Origin: a virus
Strand: one strand, 5' to 3'
Length of the DNA: 54,608 nt
IMG/VR virus record: IMGVR_UViG_3300012812_000001
The translations under genes and the position numbers were made by a program. The stretch's first letter is position 1, and each line of letters starts with the position of its first letter. Positions 17,674 to 26,960 of the stretch are shown piece by piece. Under the pieces are notes generated by a model, which saw only the letters and a list, made by a program, of their open reading frames with translations, was not told where the DNA came from and made no database searches.

Positions 17674-19794
17674 TCACTCGCTGTAGAGGTTTCTGGCCCA
17701 GTCTTCGATTGAATTATTCTTTTCATATGAAATTTCAACCGAAGGCTTTGCGGTGTCTATGGCCTTTATCGTGACGTTGCTGTTCCGCTCCCAGACATCC
17801 GCCCAGGCAGGCGGATGCTCCCAGTCGATCAGATCGGCTTGGACCAGCGGCCCGGCATTGAGAGCCGTCGTATAGCAGAGAAGGTCCCATGCCTCGTTCC
17901 GCTTGCGGATCGGGACCCAGAGCTTGCCGCGCTTTTCCTCCGCGGTTAGCTCGTCGAACCACCACGATTTGGCCCAGCCAGGAAGGTTGACATAGCCCGG
18001 CCCGTCCACGTCGCGGTCGAGCAGCGCGGATGTGTTGTCGCGCGCCTGGGTGGAGCCGACGAAAATGACGGGGATTTCACCGCGGGCATTTGCTTTCCGG
18101 TCCTGCCTCTGGGAATTCGGGTAGCGCAGCTCGCACAGGGTCGCGCCCACCTTCGGCTCGCCCTTCGTGATGTAGATCCGCCCGATCAGGTCTTTCCGCG
18201 ACCGCTGCAGCTGTCGATACCAGGCATAGGCGTGCTGGGTGACACCAGCCTCGCCGTAGCCGTCGACGGTGACGATTTTCGCACGCATCGTCCCGCCCCC
18301 CCCCTCCAGGGGATATTCCTTCTCGATGACGGGCTCGAGCTGCCGCCAGTCCTCCAGGCGCGTGCCAGGAGAAACCGAGACGGGCTTTGCGTCGTCCCCG
18401 ATGATGCCGGAATCCCAGACCGTATAGCGGTCGACGATCCAGATCCTTCCGTCAACGCCGATGCCGTGGACCTGCACAACCCAACGGTTCTTCTGAGTAT
18501 CGATCGTCGTGATCAGGTAGCGGACACCAACCGGAACCACCCCCTTCTTGAGGCCCTGGATCGCGCGCTCCATGAGCTCGTGGGAATCCCGCTTCGACCC
18601 GTTTGTCGGCGGGATAAACGCTTCGGCCTGGTCGGTCTGCATTGTTGTTTGCAGAGGCTCCCAATTTCCTGTGCGTTCATAGATGTCCTGAGCGGTGAGT
18701 AGCTTCTTTACCTGCTCGGACCACGGTTGAAACGCAGCCGCCGGCCCTTTGAGCCAGAACGATACATCCCTACCGGGGTTCTTCATCTCGCCGCGCAGTT
18801 CCCCCTCTGTGTCGAGCCACATCCCGTCCGGAACCCACCGGCCTTTTTGATTCAGCTCGTGCTTGCCAGGCCTTCCGTTACTTCCATCCTCCACGTAGTC
18901 AATGTCACAATGCGGGCAACGAAGACGGACATCTTGCGCCCTTTTCCCAGGGTCCCCTTCCGCAGGGTAACAATACATCTTGTAGTTTGGTGAAAACCAA
19001 TTCTTACACTCCTCGTTGACGCATTGCCAATACCAGAGACACCTGGTTCCCGCATTATATATCGCAAGAATTCCCGGAAAATCCGGGGCAACATGTGGAG
19101 AATCCGGCGGGGTAGAATTGAAGGTAGACCAATCCGGCATTTTGCCGGGAGAACTCTCTACAAAAATTTTCCCACGACGGTAAAAAACGGTCAGTCGTTT
19201 TCTTGCCTGCTCATATCCGTCTCCCTCGCCTCCAATACTTCCCTCCCACCGATCGTAATCTGGTAGCCCCATGAAACGTCGCTGCTTCCCCGAGAGGTGG
19301 TTCTTGGATGGCCAGCCAATTGTGAGGCGCATGCCGTGATTAAAAACCTTAGTAAATGTTGTATTCGAAGACCTACCTTTAGCTAGCCTCTTGCTAAGCT
19401 CCGGGTTTGCGTCAAAGAATGGATCGAGCCGTTCACCTGTGAACTCTTTACCAGCATGGTATGCTTTCTCCACAATCTGTGCATGAGCCGGGTCGACGAG
19501 GACAAACCAAGCTACCGATGCCAGCATCATTTCCGTTTTACCGATTTGTGCGGGCCCCACCAGTGCTATAGATGTTACATCCAGAGAGGATACGCAGTCC
19601 AATATTTCCCTTGCGTATTCGGTCTGCGCAAAACTATATCGCCCTCTGCCTAATGGGTTCTTAATGTAAAGATCTCTCTCTGCAAGTTGACTTACAGTGA
19701 TCCGTTCAGGCGGATTAAGAGCCCCTAGAAGGTTCTTCATAATTTCGCCCGAGGTGCGGAAAAGTCCAAACTGTTTCATCGTCCTGGAATTCAT
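17674..19794 (-). CDS. terL: Terminase large subunit, lambda GpA family
   Basis: Walker A-like LVGPAQIGKTE and overall GpA-type layout. The track start 19800 is TTG; the ATG at 19794 follows 2 nt after the TerS stop. Confidence 0.85.
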   Translation of the reverse strand: MNSRTMKQFGLFRTSGEIMKNLLGALNPPERITVSQLAERDLYIKNPLGRGRYSFAQTEYAREILDCVSSLDVTSIALVGPAQIGKTEMMLASVAWFVLVDPAHAQIVEKAYHAGKEFTGERLDPFFDANPELSKRLAKGRSSNTTFTKVFNHGMRLTIGWPSKNHLSGKQRRFMGLPDYDRWEGSIGGEGDGYEQARKRLTVFYRRGKIFVESSPGKMPDWSTFNSTPPDSPHVAPDFPGILAIYNAGTRCLWYWQCVNEECKNWFSPNYKMYCYPAEGDPGKRAQDVRLRCPHCDIDYVEDGSNGRPGKHELNQKGRWVPDGMWLDTEGELRGEMKNPGRDVSFWLKGPAAAFQPWSEQVKKLLTAQDIYERTGNWEPLQTTMQTDQAEAFIPPTNGSKRDSHELMERAIQGLKKGVVPVGVRYLITTIDTQKNRWVVQVHGIGVDGRIWIVDRYTVWDSGIIGDDAKPVSVSPGTRLEDWRQLEPVIEKEYPLEGGGGTMRAKIVTVDGYGEAGVTQHAYAWYRQLQRSRKDLIGRIYITKGEPKVGATLCELRYPNSQRQDRKANARGEIPVIFVGSTQARDNTSALLDRDVDGPGYVNLPGWAKSWWFDELTAEEKRGKLWVPIRKRNEAWDLLCYTTALNAGPLVQADLIDWEHPPAWADVWERNSNVTIKAIDTAKPSVEISYEKNNSIEDWARNLYSE

Positions 19795-19796
19795 TG

Positions 19797-20600
19797 TCAA
19801 AACGCCCCGACGATCTGATCGGATGCCCCATGCCGCATATCCATAGCCGCTTCCTCTACGACACGGGACTCTGGATCTCGCCTGTGTGTTTCGGCCTCGT
19901 CATGCAGCCTTTTTTGAAGTGTCAGAAGAAGCTCATGAATCGTTTCCGAAAAAACGTCATATTGACTATCATTGAGCTTAGCCCTCGCCTTCACGGTGTC
20001 GGGGGCGGCAAGAAGTGTATCCCTGATCTCCATGAGCGCTCCTGAAAGCAGCTCAGACACGGCATCTGTGCTCCATAGGTCTCCTGCTTCTTGTCCAAAG
20101 CGCAATTTCTTAAGTTGACCGTCCCAGAATACAGCTTGCAGCATCGGCGGCAGATCCTGCGGGCGCATGCCCTTGATATACTCCTCGAGGTCGATCTTCG
20201 GCTCGATTAGGTAAGGCGCCGCCTCCAGGAAGTCGTAGGTCGGGTTCTTCCTCTCCATCCCGACAGGCTTCAGATCGGCCAGGAGACGCTTGATGACCAG
20301 GCGATCCCGACGGAAGACCTGCTGCAGGAAGGTGAGCGATACCGGCTTCATGAAGTCCGTCCAGTCAGCCGACACCGCCTCGCCATCATCAGGGTCGACC
20401 GCTTTGTCGGCAACCTTCGCCGCCCGAGGTTTCGAGGCGCGTTTGCGTCCCTTTGCTGCTGGGGTGTCTTCCAGGCGCGACCGGTTGGCCTCGATCGCCG
20501 CGGCCTGCAGGGCATCATCGAGTTGAGGATTGCCCGTCAACTCCGGAGCAGCAACGGAGGCAGCTCTTCGCGACGAGGTCTTGCGCGGAGTTGCAGCCAT
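19797..20600 (-). CDS. terS: Terminase small subunit (Nu1/DUF1441-like)
   Basis: Located immediately upstream of terL. ...SLTFLQQVFRRDRLVIKRLLADLKPVGMERKNPTYDFLEAAPYLIEP... resembles the HTH-plus-YD motif of DUF1441/Nu1-type small terminases. The N-terminus is basic. Confidence 0.6.
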   Translation of the reverse strand: MAATPRKTSSRRAASVAAPELTGNPQLDDALQAAAIEANRSRLEDTPAAKGRKRASKPRAAKVADKAVDPDDGEAVSADWTDFMKPVSLTFLQQVFRRDRLVIKRLLADLKPVGMERKNPTYDFLEAAPYLIEPKIDLEEYIKGMRPQDLPPMLQAVFWDGQLKKLRFGQEAGDLWSTDAVSELLSGALMEIRDTLLAAPDTVKARAKLNDSQYDVFSETIHELLLTLQKRLHDEAETHRRDPESRVVEEAAMDMRHGASDQIVGAF

Positions 20601-20601
20601 T

Positions 20602-20844
20602 TCAGTGGACCCGGTTGGACCTTGCGGCTGTGATCATCTGGTCGATCAGGCGAGGCCTGTCGCTAAAATGCTTGTCGAGGACGGCATCAAGGTTCTCGAG
20701 CGCCATCTCGAAATCCAGACGAGCCATCATGTAATCCCTGAACCCTTGTTGGACCTCGGGAGGGAGTTCGTTCGGCTTGAGCGATTTGATCAGCGCCCAT
20801 TTTTCCGGATAAAGACGGTCCAGGCTGTCATGATTGCTTTTCAT
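20602..20844 (-). CDS. Hypothetical 80-aa protein
   Basis: The internal ATG at 20844 abuts the AlpA-like stop, and its end abuts the terS start. No motif recognised. Confidence 0.45.
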   Translation of the reverse strand: MKSNHDSLDRLYPEKWALIKSLKPNELPPEVQQGFRDYMMARLDFEMALENLDAVLDKHFSDRPRLIDQMITAARSNRVH

Positions 20845-21059
20845 GCCCTTGCCTCCGCGATCTTCATCATCTGCCAGGTCACGACCTCGCTCTCGATCCA
20901 GACCTTGCGGCGCGGCGTTACGTAAAATCCTGTGGGAAAGTCCCCCTCCCGCTCCATCCTGTGGATAGATGCGCCGCAGAGGCCGATACGCTTGGCCACC
21001 TCTGCAATTCCGAGAAATTTTGGATGATCTCCAACGAGATCCTTGGTTTCGCCTTTCAC
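20841..21059 (-). CDS. AlpA-family HTH regulator / excisionase-like protein
   Basis: ...FLGIAEVAKRIGLCGASIHRMEREGDFPTGFYVTPRRKVWIESEVVTWQ... matches the AlpA (Phage_AlpA) pattern. It is the first gene of the late operon. Confidence 0.75.
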   Translation of the reverse strand: MKGETKDLVGDHPKFLGIAEVAKRIGLCGASIHRMEREGDFPTGFYVTPRRKVWIESEVVTWQMMKIAEARA

Positions 21060-21114
21060 GCCGCACCTCGATATTCCCTGTTAGGCGGGAAATATGAGCG
21101 GCTTGTGAAATAGC

Positions 21115-21131
21115 AATACTCAATGAGTATT
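21115..21131. promoter_or_regulatory. Perfect palindrome AATACTCA-A-TGAGTATT upstream of the AlpA-like gene
   Basis: Read directly. It is flanked by three GAAATA direct repeats in the 155-bp intergenic region 21060-21214. Confidence 0.5.
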
Positions 21132-21214
21132 TGGCGAAATAGGCGATGTGCGGCTAAACGCACAAGTTAGGTTTGCCCCGCCAACCTATGGCGAGGCAGA
21201 GCTATTTCAGATGG

Positions 21215-21775
21215 CTACAGGGCGCATCCCGGTTCAAGCTCATCCCAGACAGGGTTCACCGGAAGGTCCCGGGCCCGCTCAACAATTTCCGCTGCGCTTA
21301 CGGGACGGAAATCCCAGACGTCGCACCCGACATTCACCGAGTTTCTGGTGCCCTTCCAGTTGTTGTGGACATGCCCGAACAACTGGATCGCCCCGTGGCG
21401 GGAGCCAGGGAACGTGATCATCGGATAGTGGTGCATGTAGAAGCGCTGGCCGTCGACGGTTTTGTCGAGGGACTCCTGCGTGCTCGCCCAGGGTAGTTCG
21501 TTCTTGATCCAGGGCTTGTCGTGGTTGCCCCAGACGAGGTGCTTCCTGCCGGGGAGCGACATAAAGGTTTTTCGGACCGCCCTCTTGCCGTCATCGTCCA
21601 CCTTTCCTGCGATCAGGTCACCGAGGAAGTAGACGTCATCCCCCTGCCCTACCCGGTTGGTCCACTCCTGCACCAGCCGGTCATGCATCTCGCTGAGATC
21701 TGCGAAGGGGCGCTGGCAGAACTGGATGATGTTTGCATGACCGAGGTGCAGGTCGGCGGTGAACCAGGTTGCCAT
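21215..21775 (-). CDS. Metallophosphoesterase (calcineurin-like)
   Basis: ADLHLGH, GDL, GNHD, and GHVH motifs occur in canonical order. Confidence 0.8.
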   Translation of the reverse strand: MATWFTADLHLGHANIIQFCQRPFADLSEMHDRLVQEWTNRVGQGDDVYFLGDLIAGKVDDDGKRAVRKTFMSLPGRKHLVWGNHDKPWIKNELPWASTQESLDKTVDGQRFYMHHYPMITFPGSRHGAIQLFGHVHNNWKGTRNSVNVGCDVWDFRPVSAAEIVERARDLPVNPVWDELEPGCAL

Positions 21776-21782
21776 GTCGTCT

Positions 21783-21805
21783 CCATGATTACGGGCGCCG
21801 CGGTG
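21783..21805 (-). other. GC hairpin GGGCGCCGC-GGTGA-GCGGCGCCC between the parA partner gene and the phosphoesterase gene
   Basis: Perfect 9-bp stem with no T-run. It sits 8 nt upstream of the next start codon region. Confidence 0.4.
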
Positions 21806-21843
21806 AGCGGCGCCCGGTGTTGGTAGAGTAGTCTACCGTAGGG

Positions 21844-22137
21844 TTAATCTTTCCCCTCGTATCGGTCCATAAGGAGTTCAAGCATATCGAAATACTTGTA
21901 TCGTAGACGTCCGGACTCACACATCGCCTTGAATCGGTCGATGATATGTGCCGGTCCCTTGATGGAAACCTGGGACTGCGGGACGAACTCGTTCGACTCC
22001 CTGGACGGCCAGCTGCCCGGCGCCGGAGCCTGGTGGGTGGCCACATCCGGGCGGATTTGAGGGGCGGGCCGCTCAACCGGGGCGAACTGCGCCAGGCGAT
22101 CTGCGATATCACCAGTTTTATCGATTGGCTTAGGCAT
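21844..22137 (-). CDS. Small partition partner protein (ParG/ParB-like by position)
   Basis: 97-aa ORF from ATG 22137, overlapping the parA stop by 8 nt. Its size and position are typical of type Ib centromere-binding proteins. No motif recognised. Confidence 0.45.
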   Translation of the reverse strand: MPKPIDKTGDIADRLAQFAPVERPAPQIRPDVATHQAPAPGSWPSRESNEFVPQSQVSIKGPAHIIDRFKAMCESGRLRYKYFDMLELLMDRYEGKD

Positions 22138-22801
22138 TGCGGATCTCCTCCAGGATAGTGATGACCTCATCAGCAAATTTCGTGGCGTTCTCAATTGCCT
22201 TTTCGACGCCGCTGACGTCGCTTCTATCCAGCTCGCGAAGGCCACCTCCAGAATTGTGGAGAGACGAGTAAGCGGTCCGACGGACTAGTTCCGTGCTGAA
22301 CACCCTGCCCTTCTCACGCAACTCTGCGGCGATGTAGCGCTCCAGTCTGGATTTCACGGCCGGCGCCACCCTGGCAAGAAGGATGACCGCGGGGATGTCC
22401 CGACGCGAAGATCTGCCGACAAGCTTGACCTCGGCCAGCGTATCGAGCGCTGCCTTTGCATCCTGTTGCTCCTCACCTGTCGGGATGATGACCAGGTCGG
22501 AGCTGGACATCGCCCTGGAAGAGAGTTGCGATGCCGAGCCTTCGAGATCGACGACGACGAATGCGGACTTCCCGGTCGCCTCCTCGATCTCGTCGAGGAT
22601 GTGCTTCTCGCCGCCAGAGGAGACCACTTCCATTCGGTCCGGCACGGTTCCAGCTTGCGACCAATCCACAAGACGTTTCGCGGGGTCGGCATCGATCAGG
22701 GTGACAGTAGCGCCTGCTGCTGCAAGTTCCGTCCCCAAGACTATGGCTGATGTGGTTTTTCCTGCGCCGCCTTTCGACGACGCGAACGCGATGACTGGCA
22801 T
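22130..22801 (-). CDS. parA: ParA/Soj-family partition ATPase
   Basis: Deviant Walker A in MPVIAFASSKGGAGKTTSAIVLG, then LIDADP. The ATG at 22801 is preceded by AAGGAG. Confidence 0.9.
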   Translation of the reverse strand: MPVIAFASSKGGAGKTTSAIVLGTELAAAGATVTLIDADPAKRLVDWSQAGTVPDRMEVVSSGGEKHILDEIEEATGKSAFVVVDLEGSASQLSSRAMSSSDLVIIPTGEEQQDAKAALDTLAEVKLVGRSSRRDIPAVILLARVAPAVKSRLERYIAAELREKGRVFSTELVRRTAYSSLHNSGGGLRELDRSDVSGVEKAIENATKFADEVITILEEIRNA

Positions 22802-23052
22802 CCTGCGCTCCTTTTCCTGCTCTGCTTCATGGACGGACCGCCTTTGTGGCGCCATGCCGGATTATTTTCAGGTCCTTACAGTGGGGTATGGTGCTGTAAC
22901 GTGAAAAAGTCAACGGCACCCTGCCCATTTATTCCAATGTGTAACGCACCTTGCGTAACTATTCCGTAGTGCGACCATGTGCACTCATTGGTATAGTAGA
23001 GTACACTTCCGCAAAGCTCCGCACCAATGCCATGGGGACTGTGGAAAGCCGT

Positions 23053-23082
23053 ATATTACCATACAGATTTGTATGGTAATAT
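23053..23082. promoter_or_regulatory. Perfect 13-4-13 palindrome ATATTACCATACA-GATT-TGTATGGTAATAT (candidate par operator/centromere)
   Basis: Read directly. It lies in the AT-richer 260-bp gap upstream of parA. Confidence 0.55.
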
Positions 23083-23116
23083 GCCGCCTACATGAGGACC
23101 TTACTCAACCGGCACG

Positions 23117-23797
23117 TCAACCTAGCGTAAGGTCCACCGCTGGCCGCAGCACCACGCCAGCTTTCGTCCTGAGCTGACCCCGAACCTGCTCCAGCTCAAC
23201 GGAAAACGCACCAGGCCGGTCAATGGCGGAGTCCACAACGTGCTCCCGATCGAGGATCCACAGCTTCGCGGTCGCGCCCTCAATCTCCACAACCAGAAGA
23301 TCGCCGGAAGGGTAGGGGCCTCGGAAATCGACTTTCGACGCGGTTCTGTCCAGAAGCCCGACCTGGAAATACTGACGCTGACCGTGGATGATGGCCAGGA
23401 TATCAGCATTGCCGACCGTCTCCAGGGTTGCGGATACGCCTGTCGCCTGAAGGAAACCTACGGCGAGGCTGACGGCACCGGTGGCGGCATTGGTGAGGCG
23501 CTCGGCTTGACGCCTGGATGTTGCGGGCACCGTCCCGAAGGCAAGCCAGGCGCTGTCGACGCCGAAAAACTTGGACAGGACATCAAGGCTATCCGTGGTT
23601 GGCATGGAAAGACCCAACATCCACCGGCGGACGCTCTCAACTCTGACCTCGTGCCCGTATCGCTCCTCGAGCTGCCTTTTAACCCACGTGAGTCTGCCAT
23701 GGACCTTCTGTGGCACACCAGGAGTGTTCTCGAGAGCTTCCTGCATGCGTTTCGCCAGACCTTCGTCGACGTCGGCGTTCATCTTGACCATAGCCAT
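23117..23797 (-). CDS. XRE/Cro-CI-type HTH regulator with an unknown C-terminal domain
   Basis: ...RLTWVKRQLEERYGHEVRVESVRRWMLGLSMPTTDSLDVLSKFFGVDSAWLAFG... reads as an HTH_XRE. The ATG at 23797 is preceded by GAGGT. No S24 peptidase motif was seen. Confidence 0.6.
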   Translation of the reverse strand: MAMVKMNADVDEGLAKRMQEALENTPGVPQKVHGRLTWVKRQLEERYGHEVRVESVRRWMLGLSMPTTDSLDVLSKFFGVDSAWLAFGTVPATSRRQAERLTNAATGAVSLAVGFLQATGVSATLETVGNADILAIIHGQRQYFQVGLLDRTASKVDFRGPYPSGDLLVVEIEGATAKLWILDREHVVDSAIDRPGAFSVELEQVRGQLRTKAGVVLRPAVDLTLG

Positions 23798-23868
23798 GGG
23801 GTTTACCTCGTGTTTCACCCTCAATCCCATGCATAAAGACCAATGTCAATTATCATGTGCAAATATGC

Positions 23869-24432
23869 TTAGATAAGCTTGGCGCCTTCATTGCCATGGA
23901 CGAACTGACGGAAATATTCGACCAGTAGAACCGCTTCAGCCCAGTCGTGCCTGCAGGAGCCCGATGTGACCTTGGAGCTCAGCCCCGGAATCCCGAGGCC
24001 GGAGGCCATGCTGATCGAGCCACCCTTGCTCGCCGTGAGCCCGAGCCTGGATTTCCAGACCGACGGAGTCACGAGATGGGTTCGTTCAGCCCCGACCGAG
24101 AGCATCACCGCGGAAAGCAGCATCCCGAAACCCTGGGCCAGGGACCACTCCGCCGCCGGATTTCTCCAGCGTTTCGAGCCTTTATCGAAGAGTTCGCGGG
24201 CATGGACATGCTCGATGATGGCATAGTCCGGCTTGATAATCCCGAGGATCTCCTCGATCGACTGGACGTTCGGCCTTTGCTTTCCGTCATACCTGTAAGT
24301 GGTCGGCATATCCCATACGGCCAGGGTTTTGACATATTGCGGGCCGCTGTCGCGGCCCGCATCCAGGAGCCTGATCGCAGCGCAGGCCCCGCTTGCGCCG
24401 GGATCGATGCCAAGGACGGTGATCTCGGTCAT
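23869..24432 (-). CDS. RuvC-like Holliday junction resolvase
   Basis: N-terminal VLGIDPGASGACAAI (RuvC/RNase H-fold first acidic motif) and ...AIIEHVH... Confidence 0.6.
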   Translation of the reverse strand: MTEITVLGIDPGASGACAAIRLLDAGRDSGPQYVKTLAVWDMPTTYRYDGKQRPNVQSIEEILGIIKPDYAIIEHVHARELFDKGSKRWRNPAAEWSLAQGFGMLLSAVMLSVGAERTHLVTPSVWKSRLGLTASKGGSISMASGLGIPGLSSKVTSGSCRHDWAEAVLLVEYFRQFVHGNEGAKLI

Positions 24433-24434
24433 GC

Positions 24435-26381
24435 TCAGTCCTTCCTGAAGCGCCGGATGACCTGGCCCGAGGCGGAGAGATTTAGACTGTCGTCGGCCCA
24501 GGAGGGCAGGGATGTCATGCAGGATTTGAGAGTCTCGAGATCGGTTTCTGCATTTGATATGAAACTTTCGGCCACGATTTGATCATGGACATGCAGAAAG
24601 ATCTCGATGCCCTTGCCATGCGCCAGGGTGATCCCATGCGCGAGGATGTCCCGCGCGATCGCCTGGACGATGTTTTCGCAGAGCTTGCCGCCGTAAGTGT
24701 CGGTCCGTTGCCACACACCGTCTTTGCAGTGCATGTAGGACAGCGTTTCCTGGCTGCGACCGCCCCAGTCCTTCATGTCAAGCCGGGGGGACCAGTAAAG
24801 GATGGCCCGTCCGGAAGGCAGGATGACGCGCAGAAAGTCGGGGCAGGGCAGGTCGATGGTGATGCCCCGGACCTTGACCGGACCAGCCCCATGCATCGCG
24901 CAGATGACGGCGGATTCCAGGTCGCGCCAGAATCTCACCACGCCGCCGTGCCGGGACCGGTAGATCCTGACGGCCTTGCGGGCCTGATCCACCGTCATGT
25001 GAACGCCCATTTTGGAAGCATAACCCAGGAGACCGGTCGCATCCGCCTTTTCGGATGCTGGTTGACCCGCTCCGAGTCCAAAACCGCAGCCGAGGACTGG
25101 GGGTTTGCCGAAGATGCGGTTCGTCTTGTCGCCTGCCATGAGGCGGGCGAGCTCTTCGCCATAGGAGCTGCCGTAATAGTCGGCCGCAAAGACGAGATAG
25201 GGGTCCCTGCCTTCCCTGTAGATCGTCTGGATGGCGGTGTCGCCGGTCACCCAGCCAAGGACTGCGTGCTCGATCGAGGCCAGGTCGGCATCGATGACGA
25301 CCTTTTCAGGATGGGTCGGCTTGATGACAGGCCGGACGCATGCTGCCAGCGCGTCCGATGCATCACCGTAGATCATGCCCATGCTCGCAGCATCGAGGTC
25401 GGTGATATTGTCCGCGATTTCTTCCACACGGTCGGCCAGAAGGGCAGGGGGGTTGATCAGGTTTTGCGGCTGATAGATCTGCCCGCTCCAGCGTGCCGAC
25501 CGGGAAGCCCCCGAGAATTTCAGGGTGTGCCGGAGGCGGTCATCAGGATCGACGGCGCGTTCGATCGCGGCGAATTTTGCCAACGCCGACCTGGACGAGG
25601 CAAGTCTCAGCATGAGGCCGCGCCGCAGCCGGGGCGTTCTGGCATCTTTAAGCGCAGCCTCGACCGTCGATCGCTTCATATCTCGTCCGCGGTAGCCCAC
25701 GCTTCGAAGCCAGCTCATCAGGTTCGTCGGACTGATGCTGTCCAGGCCGGTCAACTCCCGCATCTCGGCATCAACCTGTTCGCCGAGCTCGGCTCCGATC
25801 CGGATCGCTGCCCTGGTCGCAGCCATGTCGACGGGCAGCCCCTTGGCGTTGATCGTCTGATCGATACCATAGAGCTGCCACTCGTCCTCTAATGGCATGA
25901 CGTTGGCCAGCCGGTCTAGGATGGTCTGCATGATCGAAAGATCCCGCGCCATGTCGGTGATCAGGGCTCCTGAAATGCGCTGATCCTTCTCGGCAGATGC
26001 GCGAGCGGCGAAGGACAGTCCGGCATCGATGTCGAGAGCTTTGGCCGCCGACTTAATGTCCGACGGCAAGGCGGAGAGCGACAGCAGCGCCGACATGCAG
26101 CGCCAATTCGGCTGCCAGGACGGTCCGATGATGCCGGTTTTCGCAAGGCAAAGGCGGGCCACCGTTCCATGGGGTGCCCATATCTCATCTGCAGACTTCA
26201 GGGCCGTAAGGAGTGCAGTGGGGACTTCCTGGGAGCCTGGCTTCCAGGAGAGAAGGTCGTCACCAACCTTGACCAGAACTATGCGCAGCTCGAACTGCTC
26301 GTCATGGATGAAACGGGACGGGCCCGCTTCAGACAGGTCTGCTCCCGATACTGCGGATGTCGTTATGAAGAGGCGCTTCAT
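24435..26381 (-). CDS. Family A DNA polymerase (phage PolA type)
   Basis: Motif A-like DADLASIEHAVLGW, motif B-like RIFGKPPVLGCGFGLG, and motif C-like LHVHDQIVAE. 648 aa. Confidence 0.8.
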   Translation of the reverse strand: MKRLFITTSAVSGADLSEAGPSRFIHDEQFELRIVLVKVGDDLLSWKPGSQEVPTALLTALKSADEIWAPHGTVARLCLAKTGIIGPSWQPNWRCMSALLSLSALPSDIKSAAKALDIDAGLSFAARASAEKDQRISGALITDMARDLSIMQTILDRLANVMPLEDEWQLYGIDQTINAKGLPVDMAATRAAIRIGAELGEQVDAEMRELTGLDSISPTNLMSWLRSVGYRGRDMKRSTVEAALKDARTPRLRRGLMLRLASSRSALAKFAAIERAVDPDDRLRHTLKFSGASRSARWSGQIYQPQNLINPPALLADRVEEIADNITDLDAASMGMIYGDASDALAACVRPVIKPTHPEKVVIDADLASIEHAVLGWVTGDTAIQTIYREGRDPYLVFAADYYGSSYGEELARLMAGDKTNRIFGKPPVLGCGFGLGAGQPASEKADATGLLGYASKMGVHMTVDQARKAVRIYRSRHGGVVRFWRDLESAVICAMHGAGPVKVRGITIDLPCPDFLRVILPSGRAILYWSPRLDMKDWGGRSQETLSYMHCKDGVWQRTDTYGGKLCENIVQAIARDILAHGITLAHGKGIEIFLHVHDQIVAESFISNAETDLETLKSCMTSLPSWADDSLNLSASGQVIRRFRKD

Positions 26382-26950
26382 TGTGTCGCTCCCTGTTCTA
26401 TGAAATCGGATGCGCGAACGCGGAGGTTGCGGCGAACCAGCTGGCCGCCTGCTTCCAGGAACTTCACCCCGAGAAGCTCGGCATAAATGCCTGGGGGGAT
26501 GCTGTCGCCGAGCGTCGCGTAATACGTCTGTATGATCGCGTAGACATGGGCGCCGGGCTGGAAGATGTGCGGATCGGCTGCAGCACCAGCCTGGTCATAG
26601 AGCCCTGGCTGAGATCTGCTTGAGGCCCGGACGACGAACATTCCGGCGCAACCTGGCAGGATTCCATGCCTGTCGGTCAGGGTATTGCCCGCGACCACGA
26701 AGGAGTAAGCGGGTTTCCCGCCGAGAGCCGCCTTGATCTCAGCCTCCTTGTCCGATGGCAGGACCTGCGGACGGATGACGTCGAGATATGCCCGGATGTG
26801 GTCTGCCTTCTCTCTCTCGGCCGGGATCTGCGGATCGAGCGCGATCGTGATGCGAAATTTCGCATCACCGCCCCCCCGGACCACGGGCTCATCCAGGTCA
26901 CCCGAGATGAGACGGGCACGCGGTATGTGGATCTTCTCACCAATCTTCAT
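26378..26950 (-). CDS. DUF2815-type phage single-stranded DNA-binding protein
   Basis: From the internal ATG at 26950. ...MFVVRASSRSQPGLYD...GAHVYAIIQTYYA...GIYAELLGVKFLEAGG... follows the DUF2815 pattern that usually accompanies phage PolA. Confidence 0.55.
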   Translation of the reverse strand: MKIGEKIHIPRARLISGDLDEPVVRGGGDAKFRITIALDPQIPAEREKADHIRAYLDVIRPQVLPSDKEAEIKAALGGKPAYSFVVAGNTLTDRHGILPGCAGMFVVRASSRSQPGLYDQAGAAADPHIFQPGAHVYAIIQTYYATLGDSIPPGIYAELLGVKFLEAGGQLVRRNLRVRASDFIEQGATQ

Positions 26951-26960
26951 TGCCGCCCCC

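Noticed and set aside
24579-25892. 437-aa plus-strand ORF
   Set aside because: It is antisense to the family A polymerase gene and is a shadow ORF.
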